From the NCBI GenBank assembly GCA_030704615.1, contig CM060733.1, positions 75,082,001 to 75,146,000 of the forward strand: 64,000 nt of DNA, read 5' to 3'. Below, one piece after another: positions 25,604-38,271 of the stretch (its first letter is position 1; each line of letters begins with the position of its first letter). Made by a program: the position numbers and the translations under genes. The notes under the pieces were generated by a model. The model searched no databases. It saw nothing but the letters and a program-made list of their open reading frames with translations, and was not told the origin of the DNA. Source of the stretch: Takakia lepidozioides. Lineage: Eukaryota > Plantae > Bryophyta.

Positions 25604-28600
25604 CTAAGTCATTGAGCCCACTGAGAGATCACCATTTGACGTCCCATCTAGAGAGCCTTCACCTGACTCATTATCTGTAGATCCTTGGTCCAGCATGGCC
25701 TCTTCACCTGACTCAATATCTACAGACACTTGGTCCAGCCCTTTCTGTAACCCTCCTTCACCACCCTCTTTAAACCTTCTTTGGGCTTTTTCAACCACCT
25801 CACGAGCTGCCAATAATCGAACATCCTCTTCAGGCACCTTGCGCCGCTGCACAATTTAACAGACATGGTAGGTAAGGTTGATATAAGGTGCTGTAGTCAC
25901 CAATTCATGAACAAACTTGCATAGACAACATTATTTGTATACCTGCAAAGCGCTACAATAAGCAAGTGTTGCTCTGAATGAAGGCTTCAGACCGCGCTTT
26001 AGCATCATGTCCCATATCAGGTTAGCCGTCGAGAAATCCCCTTGCTGCAGCACAAAAAAACCACGTCACTTGTGATTGCATAGATTGTACTCATAAGACG
26101 TTGTTTGCCGTAGCCTTGTGGCCATTGACCCCGCGCCCGGTTTGAGCGGGAACAAAAGGGACAGAACCTACCTCTGTAAGGGGCTGACGTTGGTAGTAAG
26201 ACTTACCTCCATATAAAGAATTAATCCGGGTTTTCCAGATATCCTCTAGAAATCCCTTCACACAAGCATCAATCTGCTGTGTGTGATTTGCCCAAAAACT
26301 AGGCCTCAGGAGGGCCTGGGCTTTTGGCTCAGCCTCGAGACTTTCAAAGTTGGTAAACAGGGGTACAGGCACAATTCCCTTAATAGATTTGAAGAGAGCG
26401 TCTCTTTGGTGAGAGAACCCCGGACAGTGTATCAGAAAATGAATACTGTCTTCAGATTGCCCACACAACGGGCAATTGCACTCTCCCTTTCCTCTCTGCT
26501 TCTGTTTGCTGTTCAAAGGTAGGCTTCCTGCCCTGAGTTTAAATTTCAGTCTAGTGCCGAGAGTGGGTAGACCCTTGAGGTCATCCAAGATGTCCTCCCC
26601 CATGTCACAGACTAGAAACAAGTTCAGGGAAGTTTTCTGCCTAACTTCATTTTCATCAGACAATCTCATGGCAACAGACATGGCTGAGGACACTACAGCC
26701 TCTAAGTCAGATTTATCCAGCAGGGTCAAGACTTGCGGATCCAGGTCCAGGTCCTTGAGGATCTCTTCTACTCTCTTCTGCCAGGACTTAGCCTGTTTGA
26801 CAGGGCGATCCTGTTTCCAAGATATAGAGTCGATTAATTTAGGATATCTGGTGTTGGGCATATGTTGCAGCTGACCCCACCATCTGACCTTGAATTCATC
26901 TCGTCGGGAGCTTAAGGACGGAATGCCAAACTCACCCCGAACATCCACATTGGCTGTTTTGGAGCATGCTGACATACACTCCTTAAGCACCCCCACTTGA
27001 ATGGATTCTAGAGACTTAGCCTGGTTGGAGTTATCAACCCATATAGCAGATCCGTACTCCAAGGCAGGTCTAATAACGCGTCAATATGTGATTGCATAGA
27101 AAGATAGTGGAGCATGGATAAGCCTCAGCCTAGTGAGGAAAGAGATAGTGAGACTGAATGTTGCAGTCTTGTCGAAGACAGATGGACAGAGGTGTGTACT
27201 CATAATGCTGTAGCCTTTGTGGGAATAGGCTCCCTACACAGTTTGGACTGGGCAAAGAAGAGAGCAGGGACAGAAGACAGCAGCAGTCAACTAGTTTGGG
27301 AGGTAGGGGAAGATGTACTACGATGGTAGGCTACATGACAGTAGAGTGAAGCCTGATGTTCAGATAACCATATTTCTGAAGTAAGAGACTGGTGCACTTT
27401 TCCAGGGCTGCCTACAATCTATGAGCACATCCATGCCATTTCATGTGTGAAAGCAGGCAAGAAGAAAACCACTTACCATTTCATTCGAGGCAAGCATGAG
27501 GAGGTTGCCTCCAAGTACAGTGTTGAGAAAGTATCCCCTTTCGTCCATTTTATGCTGTGGACCAAAATCACACATCACATGACATACCAAACTGTCTCTG
27601 GAGAATTTTCCTAGCCATTCAGGCAACGCTTGCTCATTCTATATACAAGGATCAAGAGGTGCATGTGCAGAGTTAGTGTCTGCAATGACTGCCACAACAA
27701 GTCAGAACATACCAAAAGCCTGTCAGCTGCATCCATACCCTCTGGGCTGAGTTTGACAATACAGCCTTGAATGAGAGTCTGTACCCCCATAGATACATCT
27801 GATTTCATTAGCCAACTCCAAGAATAGTGAAAATGATTGTACAGTGAAGCAATGTTAACAGGAAGACACAACAAGCAACATTTGTGAAGTACACGAACGC
27901 AATTCTAGTTCTCTTCTGACAGCCGAAGTCTTCTGGTGACGACAGCTGTGAAGTATCCAATTTGCAGAAGACACATGTTACTTCCAATCAACTAGATAAC
28001 ACAACAACCCTTGAAATAGATGGATCCCTACTGCTCAAGATAACCCAAAAAGTTTGGGCAGCAAGAGTGAAGTACAGACAGATGCCAAACATCACTGACA
28101 ATGTAGATATTCACTTTTGGTTTCTGCCCAGTTTGTCCATTTGGGGGATTTTGCGAAGTAGGTACCTAATGCTGGAGGTAACTCCAAACTAAAAAAAAAG
28201 ACCCAAAACTTGAGACAGGATGCAGTACAACAAAGGGAAAAAAGACTCACAATGTACAGATTCAGTGTTGGCTGCTTTCCACTTTCGACATATCTATCAA
28301 ACACTATTAGGGCATTTTCCAGTTCCCCTTGTGATAAATAACACCTGCAGTTCCCACGAACATTCCTCTCAGTTTCACAAACTGCCATGGTCTGCTAAAT
28401 GCAGCTGTCGTGGTTATCCAACAAACAGCTAATGTATCTGCCACCTCTTATTCTTTAGATTTGCATTAAAGATGAGTAACAGCCAACACCGACATGCTAT
28501 TTTGGCCTTACTTGATGAGTTCAGTCAAACAACCCGCATCAACTTGGTGCCCATCACGCTCCAGCATATCCATGATCGTCTTCACGGCCTGCAATCACTG

Positions 28601-31600
28601 GGTCAATATGCTCTCATGATGTATCTCCAACACGCAATGTGAAAAATTCACAACTTCAATCTGGAAGCTCATGAAGGTGTAAACTAAAGGATTTGCAGGC
28701 AGGAGATTGGCTAAACAAATATACAAATGATGCACTGCCCTGGTACCTTTGGCAGATGAGTCAGAAAACTGTAGCTTATGTAGAGAGTGTTGCAAGCAAA
28801 AGAAGCTCAGTCTACTGAAGAATTGAGCCACTGCAGGGATGAGAATGTACACTTGACAAAAGGAAAGTAATTGGTTGTCTTTAGCCTTGATACCCACCTC
28901 AGTGTTGCCAAGTTCACTGCAGGCACGCAAAGCAGTAAAGTAGACATTGAGGTGACGATTAACGTAACTACGTGTAGGTTGAAGTTCACCCCCAGTCACA
29001 AGGTTTGCAAGCTCATCCTCAAATTCATCACGCCCTTCACCCTCTGCAACACCTGTATCACATCTCTTCGATTGCTTAAGCAGCTCAAATATCTGCAACA
29101 GACCACACAACCTTGTACTGTCAACCACCGCACACTATCTTTGCCACGTAAACTACAATGAATTGCAGTAAAATAGTAAATTAAATGTAAGAACCTTGAG
29201 GAAGTTCTCTTCAATGACAGGGCGCTTATTCTTGTACGCTGTGATAAGTGCACTGTAGCAAGAACTGTTCAAAGTCAGGCCACACGCTGCCATCCTCCGC
29301 ACCACTCCGTACCTGCACCGATTCATGACAGAGATCATATCCACTGTCAATAGATGGGAGTTCACAGATGCCCTTGTCGTCCATGCTACACGGTATGGCA
29401 AAGCAAAATCCCCAGCCTTATTGCTGACCAGGCTTATCGAGCACTTGGGCAAAGCTTGAAACAAGCCCAAATATGGCTGACAGAAGATCTTTCTCTCACC
29501 TTCTAAGCGTGTCCTAGCTACAGTGCTACATAGTCAGTGTAAATTGTCTCGACTATACATGAGGGCCGTGGCCCTATCCTAGTCTTGCTCATCGCTGGAT
29601 GGAGGAAGATAAATACCCTTCCAAGGGTGTATTATAGGTAGAGTTGACAGGACATTGTCGATATCTCTTTTGAAGCTACTGCTCTTATGCAAGAGGGGTG
29701 ATGAGGGATAACATACGCTTCCTCTACGCGGCCAGCGATGCCACATGCATTTAATAGTGCAAGAAATGTACGATGCTTTGGCTGAATTCCAGCTGTCTCC
29801 ATCTCCTCAGCTACCTGGTAGGATAACCCATGTCAAATAAATCCAAAAGCCACACCCAATAACTCCAGTCATATGTCAGGCAGAGAAGAAATTCGCTGAT
29901 GAAATACAAGCATCCACTCTGTTCATTTTGTGTGCCCATCGATTCCCAAGAGTATATTAGCAGCTGTAATAGAGGACCACTCAAATCCACGATTGAGCCA
30001 ACACCAAGTCACCATGTGTGACCAACCCTTCAGCTGCAACAATATATACATGTGAACAAAGTCCAAGCATTACAAACATATCAACCTGTGTCTTGTCCTT
30101 CCTTGCAATCTTTGGTCAGTGATCCACCCACCTCAAGAACCTTTCAAGTGCCAAAACTCAAAAGGCCAAGCCAGCCTACTGACATTATATGATCATGATG
30201 CACATCGAAGGAACTAGACATGACCCTTCCATGGACTATTTACAAGGACGAAGGATACAAAAGAAATGAAACCTGAAAAGCACGATCAGTTTGGTTGCAG
30301 CGACCACATGTCGCAATTACACAGTTGTACAAGACGATCTGTACAACAACCAATCCGTCATGGTCTATCAGACTAGCACACAGTGAGAAAAATAACCTTC
30401 CACACAACATAAAATCAACAGGATGGTGATTGGAATCAAATGCTTCCCCTTAATTGTCAAAACCATTACACATGAAGTATGCTAGAACTCCTCAAACCCC
30501 TACCCATCTGTTGAAGAGAAGAGGAATAGCACTTACATCAGGGGCCAGACCCATGGTTTTCATTTCATTGAAGAAGTACATGGCATCCTGCAGCCGGTTG
30601 CCCTTCATGCAGCCGATGATAAGGGTGTGAAAAGTATCACGCACAGGCTGTACTCCATCTATTTGCATATCCTCATACACATCACGCATCAAGTATGGTC
30701 TGCAACCAACCCTCATTGCAGGCAACACTCAGACTCACTCGCACTAGTAAAAAGTTTTTCAAGTTTAGAATGACTATGTCACCAGCGATTGTTCTTAAGT
30801 GCTATCAACAGCAAGTTACTCCCTGACAGTCATCGCATTGGTTCTTTCAAAAAAGAAGACCATAGAGGGAAAAGGGTGGTGACCCTGTGTTCATAGAATC
30901 CTGTGTGGGTGGGGGAAGGGGGGAGAGGGTGGGAGAGCAACAGGGACTACTGACCAAACCAATGAGGCACCCAAATCAACTGTTCCAATTATTCCTCTAC
31001 AAGAACCACTAGGGAGGCACAGCAATTGTTGTGAGAGCCTAGTCATTTCTAGACTCACATTTAAGAGGTATAAAATGAGATTACACAGCAAGGTAAAGAA
31101 GAGCTTCCAAAGATGAAACCAAAGGCACCAGGAAAAAACACCAAGGAAAGTCAAGTCACACAGAAGATAAGTGACAAAAAGAGGAAAGAAACCAGAAAGA
31201 TTGTAAGAGAGTGGACCAACTGTATCCTGTATAACACAGTTACCAGCAATTATGATCCCTACAGACTTTCCATCAATTTCGTGATAGAGGGTGTCAACAC
31301 CGGACAGACTCAGCAAGGACATAGGTATAGCATCAAAAGAAAAAGAAAAATTACCAGACTTCAACACAGATAGGAAGAAGAGAGGGAGAGGCAGACATAA
31401 CCTAGCTAACTGTCATAGCTTAGTTATTTGTAACCCAGCTTGACAATATACAGTCCAACCTTTCTCTCATGAAGCAATATGGGTGTGTGAGGTAGGCAGC
31501 AATTCATTGCAAAAAGTTGGCATGGAGAAAACACTTACCGCCTGCGCTGATTGATTTCTGACAGAACCTTGTTGTATTCAAGAATGTTGTTCGCATAATT

Positions 31601-32282
31601 CCCGTTAACAGAAGCTGGCGATGCCAAGGTTCCAGTTGTGTATAACTGGCATTTCTGTCCTGTGCCCACGGCACTTCCATCTTGCCAAGCCCGTCTCCGA
31701 TCGAACTCTGTGGCCAAGCTAATTGTAAGAGCAAACAACAAACCCTACCTGCTGCATCGTAATATAGCAACCCTGTCCATGGGACAAGTTACAGCGAAGC
31801 TTGTCTGCAGATTAGCACTCATAAACACCTCTACACCTGGAAAAGCACTACGATAAGTCATAGCCCTTTGCCACTTCTTAAGTGATCTCCATCTTTCAAG
31901 CGTCACCATTCGCTCGTCACTTGAGGTTAGTATATGTCTTTTCAAGATTCTTAAACGTTTAACATTGTATGATAGTCATAACGGAACCACACCTGGCACA
32001 AACAAGCATGCGTCATTAGGGTGTCTGTAGACTCCAGGGTCACCATCTCTTTACATGAAATGCGATTATGAAGTAAACCGCAGCGATGGAAAAGGAGATG
32101 ACGTTTATTTTCCAGAAAGGCAGCTGATATGCGGAGCACAGCAGATCAAGCATAACAATCGGAACAAGCATGGGACGCAGGAAAGAGAAATGTGAGAGCG
32201 TACCGTAACTAGCAGGAGCTGCAGGCCACTGGCGTAATACCGCCCGTCGCAGTGCGCTGGCGGAGAGACGCCCCCCCGCCAT
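25604..32282 (-). CDS. Multi-exon mitochondrial P-class PPR protein, At4g35850-like
   Basis: Exon translations NYANNILEYN, PYLMRDVYEDMQIDGVQP..MYFFNEMKTMGLAPDV, LTLNSSCYSALITAYKNK, RCYLSQGELENAL and RKVPEEDVRLL match my recollection of At4g35850 in order. Arg/Ala-rich presequence MAGGRLSASALRRAVLR; GT-AG junctions. Confidence 0.85.
26085..27086 (-). mobile_element. 5'-truncated LINE (RT C-terminus/Zn-binding region) inserted in PPR intron
   Basis: 323-aa ORF with EYGSAIW, RGEFGI and CPLCGQSEDSIHFLIHCP; perfect 14-bp TSD tgtgattgcataga (26071-26084 and 27087-27100). Confidence 0.9.
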
Positions 32283-32720
32283 ATTCTTAGCTTCAATCCA
32301 GGACAGGAATTGCAGATCTGAGAATGGTGATCCGATACACCTTAGTGTGAAGATGCTCAATTAAACAGTGGCCGCTCTGGTTCCCCTCCTTGTAAGCATT
32401 GCAATCTTCCTGCCTTCTATGACAAAATAACATTACCTTTCTGGCTTTTCCTTTCTATACTCCAACCTTGCAATCAAAAGTAGGAAACAAAACGGGGGAT
32501 GCTTGCAACTGCAGTCTTCCAGCCTGGCACGATCAACCCCTAAACCCCTCCTCTGCACAATTCAGCCTCGCGTGAAGATGGAGGGTTAATGGATGAAAGC
32601 TGTCAGATGCTGCACGTAAGGATATCCATCCTGTCAACATTCCACTGGTAAATGTTGTGATAGTGTGCACTTTGGAAGCACATTTACACATCAAAAAAAT
32701 AAAAACTACTAGCCATCTAA

Positions 32721-34796
32721 GGCCCTGGCCGCACCAAGTTGTTAGCTGGCAGCCCTGTTAAAGGCCTGCTAGTTGCATGTTAGATATTTAGCCGATGAGC
32801 AGCCGCACCAACGGTTACAGTAACTACGTATAGCTACTGATAAGGTTAGACGTGCAGTTGCCCGACGTGCTCGCGCAGGATCCCTTGGACTCTGGAGTGA
32901 AGGGGATGCTCCCCGCGCAGCTACAAGCAGGCGAATGAAGTCAAGAAGTCATCCTTCTTCCTCTCTCACTACGCCCATTGTCTTTCGACTGTCAAGACGT
33001 AGAAGTCCTCCTTCTTTCTCTCTCATTATGCCCATTGTCTTTCGGCTGTCATGACGTAAAAGTCCTCCTTCTTCCTCTCTCATTAGGCCCACTGTCTTTC
33101 GGCTGTCATGACGTCTATAACGTCGTCTGAGGCGGGTCTTGTCAGTGTGGAGCCTTCCGAAATTCAGAGTACGACCGAAGAATAAGGCGAGGTTGGGGAA
33201 TTAGACTGAGCAGGAGATGCACTGGCTAGCCTTTGCAAAAAGGATGGAATGGGAGATATGGAAAGCTAAGCATCCACGAGGAAACATGGTTGCTGACAAG
33301 GAAATGTGGGAAAAGATCGTGCAATTCTTGGTCAGCAAAGGTGTTTGTGATGGGGCCTCTTGCATATGCAAGTGGAACCTTCTTCTAAAGCTGTGCTGAC
33401 AGATAAAAGATCATCAACTATACTCAACTGGTACTCAGGATTATTGGAATTTCTCCTCTGAGGAGTGTGTAGCAGATGGTTCTAAGTCCTTTTTGAAGGA
33501 TCTCTATGATGACATGGATTTTTTATCTGAACGTGCTTGTAGTCAGTCTAAATCGACAGCAAATTCCGTGGTAAGAGTTCTCCCCCTCAGGTGTGGTGTC
33601 TCTCATTAATTTAGTTTGTATAGGCTTATTGCTCGTAGGAAAGTCCCATTTTCTGGCCAGTCAAGCTTCTTGCCTTTACCTGGCTTTCTTTGCTCCCTTT
33701 TGAACTGCCTGGTTGTTCTCTTGTCTTGCATGGACGGGTGAAGTGATGAACTTCAGTTTCATCTGTCAGCTCTTTATTTGGGGCCTTGGGTTCTTTCGGC
33801 CACTGGCCTTCAGTCCTCGCTGGCACTAACAAATGGGTTGGGTGTCTTCTCTTTGGAATTTTCCATCCATATTCTGGGTTTTGCCTCTTCTGCAAAATCT
33901 TGGATTTTCTTATCAATACGACATCCGCTCTATCCAATTTTATAGGTACTTAAAATTGTGTTATTTTCGTTGACCATGGCAGCTCAAATAAGATGTCTCC
34001 ATTAAGCACAATGCCCTAAACCATAGAGTGGCGTCAGCCTCATTGTACTGTAGCACTTCGCAGATCTGAAATGGAATGTGACAACATGAGCTGGAAGACC
34101 ACTAGTAGGTTACCTAGAAAGAGGATAGGGAAGGACTTTAGTGACCAGTCTTCACATCTGATCCTCTTGTAAGAAGTTCTCATGGTTTAGGTTACATGCT
34201 GCTATTGATTCTACATTTCTTTCACTTCTTGTGGGTTCCACTATGGGCATTTGTAGGCAGTCATATCATCCGTGCAGGAGCTGCTAATTGAGGAGGAGCT
34301 ACTATCTGGGGATACCAGTTTGGAGATTCCACAAGAGCCATGGGAGCCAGAGAAAAATCCACTTCCTCCTCGTGGGCCTCCTCCGACTCTTGCAAGTCAA
34401 GAGCGGTTCACCAATACCTAATCTCCAACCCCTTCCCCAATTCAACTAGTAAAAAGAAGTCGGCATCAAGCACGGACTTGATCAATGCTTTCAAGTGTGC
34501 AAGCGAGGGTATGCAGGAAAAGATTCTTGAAGCAGAGAGTGCAGAAAAAACTGCTTGAGAAGGCTCTGAAGCATCAGGAGGCTGTTTTTGCGTACCAAGA
34601 TAAACACGAGGATAACATGTTCCGTTTTGAGTTGCAGAAAGCTGAAAACGAATTGAATGTAGAGACTGCAAATGCGGTTGATCGTCGTGTATTGATTGGA
34701 CACTTTGGGAAGCTTGTGGAGCATTTTGGGAAACTGGCCAACAGGCGGACTGATAAGGGGAGTGGCAGCCAGATGAATGACCGAGAAGAAGACTAG
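32721..34796 (+). mobile_element. PIF/Harbinger-like remnant with Myb/SANT (trihelix-type) pseudogene
   Basis: TAA|GGCCCTGGCCGCAC left end; WEKIVQFL..GV..GASC..KWNLLLK..IKDH..STG.QDYW with stops (33217-33570); coiled-coil exon 34257-34796. No right TIR found. Confidence 0.6.
32944..33114 (+). repeat. 57-bp tandem repeat x3
   Basis: Units at 32944, 33001 and 33058 (agaagtc.tccttctt..ctctc..gccca.tgtctttcg.ctgtca.gacgt). Confidence 0.85.
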
Positions 34797-35210
34797 TGGT
34801 AGTTTAACATAAGTGGTCATAGTGAGAAGCAAACCGGCCATCATATTGGTACATGCAGAAACTATGAAGGGTACTGAGAAACTAGTGAACTACACTCTGA
34901 GTCATTTGAACTCATTTTTTATGTGCATGTGCGATAATTTTGATAGCTTCTACGGTGGCCTCAATGTCTTTCCCATGTATAGGGCATGAAGTAGGTGGGT
35001 GGATGTTGTGTGGCGACCCACAACAGTATCATGTGCAACAACATGTCATTGTATTTGCAGCTATTGTCAATTTACTCTTCTTTGGTGGTCACTCTGGCTC
35101 GATTACTACATCTGCTGCATGCCTTGCAAGCTGCCTCAAGGCCCGGCCTCTGTGGAAGTTATATAGCTACTTTGTTTATATGTGGACACATGAGGGTATG
35201 TGTGCTGCAG

Positions 35211-35265
35211 GGCATGTCTTGTGGTGGCTGTGCTTTGTCAGTAAAAGAGAATTCTGGAAGCTCAG
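35211..35265 (+). pseudogene. Isolated HMA-domain exon (PAA1/P1B Cu-ATPase-like)
   Basis: cag|GMSCGGCALSVK(R)ILEAQ|gt with a +1 A frameshift; CxxC HMA motif. Confidence 0.6.
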
Positions 35266-35447
35266 GTCAGCCTCCCTCCCATATTTCGTTAATCTGCAGA
35301 GATGCTCGACTTGGCTCCAAGGTTGTGAGGTGAGTCTCTTGCTGTTCATATCAAAAGCCTCTGACTTCTCACAATTGACTTTTCAGAATTTTCAGAAGCT
35401 ACCATTTACAGTATCAGTCTAAAACTATTTACTATGGACATAGGTAC

Positions 35448-35522
35448 TGGAAGGCAGTAGCCCTTGTGGTGAAGTGACACCATAAGTTACGCTCCCTTCG
35501 GGAGGCGTCATACTTACTTACT
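35448..35522 (+). mobile_element. 5'-truncated SINE family 2 with (TACT)n tail
   Basis: Matches the 3' part of 20415-20602; 13-bp TSD tggacataggtac (35435-35447 and 35523-35535). Confidence 0.85.
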
Positions 35523-35959
35523 TGGACATAGGTACATTGAATAAATGTGGTCCTGTGTAGCCACTAAAGCCAAGGAAACCTTTGACATAATTTATGACGT
35601 GACTTACGTTGAACATTGATTCGGACTGCCCATTGCTGGGACAGCTCTCCTGCATCTTCATGGGCTTGTGCATTGATGAGGATGTCATCCTCTTTATACA
35701 AAATCCCAATCATCGGTATGAACTGCAACCGACCACCATGCCCTTATACACCATGGATGGTGGAACTTAAGAGAATGGGCCTTTAGAGAGTCCCATGCTT
35801 CCCATAGAGATGTGGGTCGTCAATGATGCAATGCCAATTATTTTATTTCTTTCTCTTGTCCCATAGACTCTTTGAGCTTTCCGTGGATGTTATACAGTTG
35901 CATTCTGTTACTCTATTCTTTCTCTTTTATGGTGTGTAGGTTGGTTTGTTTTGTTTGTA

Positions 35960-36235
35960 TTCTGCAAGCACCAAGCAATGCCCCCCACACTAGAGCAGCT
36001 GGGTCGATTGGCATTTTGTTGATGAAGTCCTCTGCCTCAACCAGTTTCCCTGCACGGCCAAGAAGGTCTACCATGTAGCTGAAATGTTCTACTGTACGAG
36101 TAAGGCTCTGATCTCGACACATGGAATCAAAATAATATTTGCCTTCGTCAACTAGGCCCACATGACTATATGCATAGAGAACACATATAAATGTGATACC
36201 GTCTGGAATCACGCCTTCATGTTGCCTGACTTCAT
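35960..36235 (-). pseudogene. PLS-PPR C-terminal (L2-S2-E1) fragment
   Basis: ITFICVLYAYSHVGLVDEGKYYFDSM..EHFSYMVDLLGRAGKLVEAEDFINKMP..VWGALLGACRI; truncated at both ends. Confidence 0.85.
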
Positions 36236-36300
36236 GTGATACCATTATATGGGACCCTCTCATCCAGTCATCTTTTCATATGTGAATGGTGGTTGTGGCA

Positions 36301-37730
36301 GGCGAAGGATCTGCATAATGGGAAATTGTTGCTTGAGGAAGATGGCCACATAATTCACACTGACTTTGGGTTTATGCTTTCCAATTCCCCAGCGGGTGTC
36401 AACTTTGAGAGTGCTCCATTCAAGCTGACCCATAAGCTTCTTGAGGTGAAGAATTTCAATGAAAGAGCTTTGAATGCGGTCTTACCATAAAGGAGATGAA
36501 ATTTTTGTTCAAGGAAGCAGAATGAGTATTGTCATTGTGCGCAGCTTGGGAATCAGCTCATAATTGTTGGCTTTCCACTTTTCTCTGGTTTGAAAGCTGT
36601 GGGTTTGTCTTGTGGGTGAGCAGGTAATGGAATCAGATGCAGAGGGTGCAACCGGTGAGTTTTTTTTACTGCTTCAAGGTGTGTTGATCCCGGCTATCCA
36701 CCATGGCTCATCAGGTTAGTTCTCTGTTTTCAACGATTAACATACAAGAAGCCGCACGATGTCTCTATACCTCTCCAAGCCAAAAAACATACTAGCAGTC
36801 TTTTAATATGGATTGAGTCAGCCGTATTCCACATCCATAGACAAGAAGCCACAATTGGGATAAACATTGGATGAAATTGGGTTGTTTGTGTGCATCCTAG
36901 CGAAGAGGTATTGTGCATCCAAGGCTTCTTGACATGCCGGAAGCATGCAGAACGCATCATTCTATTGGTGGAGATGATGCAGGTCTGTTGCCCTCTGGTT
37001 ACTCTATATGTTTGGATGAAGTTGGATATGTCCGCATTTGGCAATGTCCTCACGTTGTTAGTGCGGTAGAAATCTTGGGGGCTTTTCCTAGGTGGAAAGT
37101 TGCACACTGAGATGTAGTACAATCATACAGTTGGATTAATGAGCTTTGGTCGAGATGTCCTCAGAAGTATGTAAAATGAAAGAATCAAGTGGTTCCTCTG
37201 TTATGGTCATGTGAAATCTGTTGCCAATTGTTGATGGTAGTGGATGTGCCCAAGGCCAGCCACTATCATTTTTATGAGCACACCACTTGGAAAGGAGTGT
37301 CATATGTCCTCAAAGAACTGATAGAACTGATTTTCAGTTGCCATAGCCATTACTTCAGGAGGTTTATGCTTGCAGTTTAATGATACTTCGTGGAAGTTGT
37401 TTGGTTGGCTCATCTAATGAGTAGGATTCGAGATGCCCGTGCTTCAAATGAGGGCCTCGAACCATTCAAAACTTGCGCAAGCGGTTTCATCTTAGCCTAA
37501 CAGAGGAAATATGTCACTCGTTTCCATCCCTGATTTCCATCCCTGTTTTTGGAATTGAATGGAAATTTGCATTGACTACAATTTTATGAAATGGGAGCGA
37601 GTTCTAATGTGGTTGTGTCTCTCTCCAGCAATGTATGTCACTAGTGTTGTCACTCATCAGCAGCAGCTTGGACGCATGTCGGACCCGACAATATGATTAC
37701 TACCAGCGTGTACTAAATGGCATTCTATAG
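36301..37730 (+). pseudogene. Phosphatidylinositol 4-kinase beta C-terminal exons (intron-retaining fragment)
   Basis: KDLHNGKLLL..HIIHTDFGFMLSNSP.GVNFESAPFKLT; VLCIQGFLTCRKHAERIILLVEMMQ; PRTIQNLRKRFHLSLTEE; RTRQYDYYQRVLNGIL*. Catalytic DRH..N is mutated, there is an internal stop and the N-terminal exons are absent. Confidence 0.88.
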
Positions 37731-38271
37731 CATTACGCCAATTTATCAAGGGGGGTGGCTAAACCACCTTTCCTCATTCTCTTGCTACAATTCTCTCACT
37801 TGCCCAAAGCTTCCATGTTGATCTTACTTCACTAATGCTTGTCCATCATTCCCCAAGTGGGGAGGGCTTCCATATGCCAACAGCCTACAAAGGCAAGGTG
37901 TTTTGCTATAAATAATCTACAATACATTTGTATTCTATTAGTGCTTACTCGGCCAAGACAGGCAGTGCTCTGATGGTTTAAGTAGGTAGATTTAAAGGTT
38001 TAGGAACCAAGGTGGATGCGCCTTGGAGAGGGCGTGGAAATCCACGCACTTACATTGACAGTTAAAGAGCTTTCTTGTACGCTACAAGTGCAACAGGGAA
38101 TTATATAGACTTCGGAGGAATAAAGCTGTATTCTTGTTGTCAGCTGCCCATTTACATTCAGTTTCAAACACTTTCAGTCTTTGGTTTGGTGGCTATTTGA
38201 AGTAATCTTGAGTACTTCACTGACCATGCTACCATGGTCAACTGCTGGATGTCAAGTTATTTTACCACTAG

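Noticed and set aside
33626-33990. L1 endonuclease remnant in the Myb intron (ADVVLI..SKI); also an L1 ORF1-like remnant at 42015-43300
   Set aside because: Similarity too weak to support without a search.
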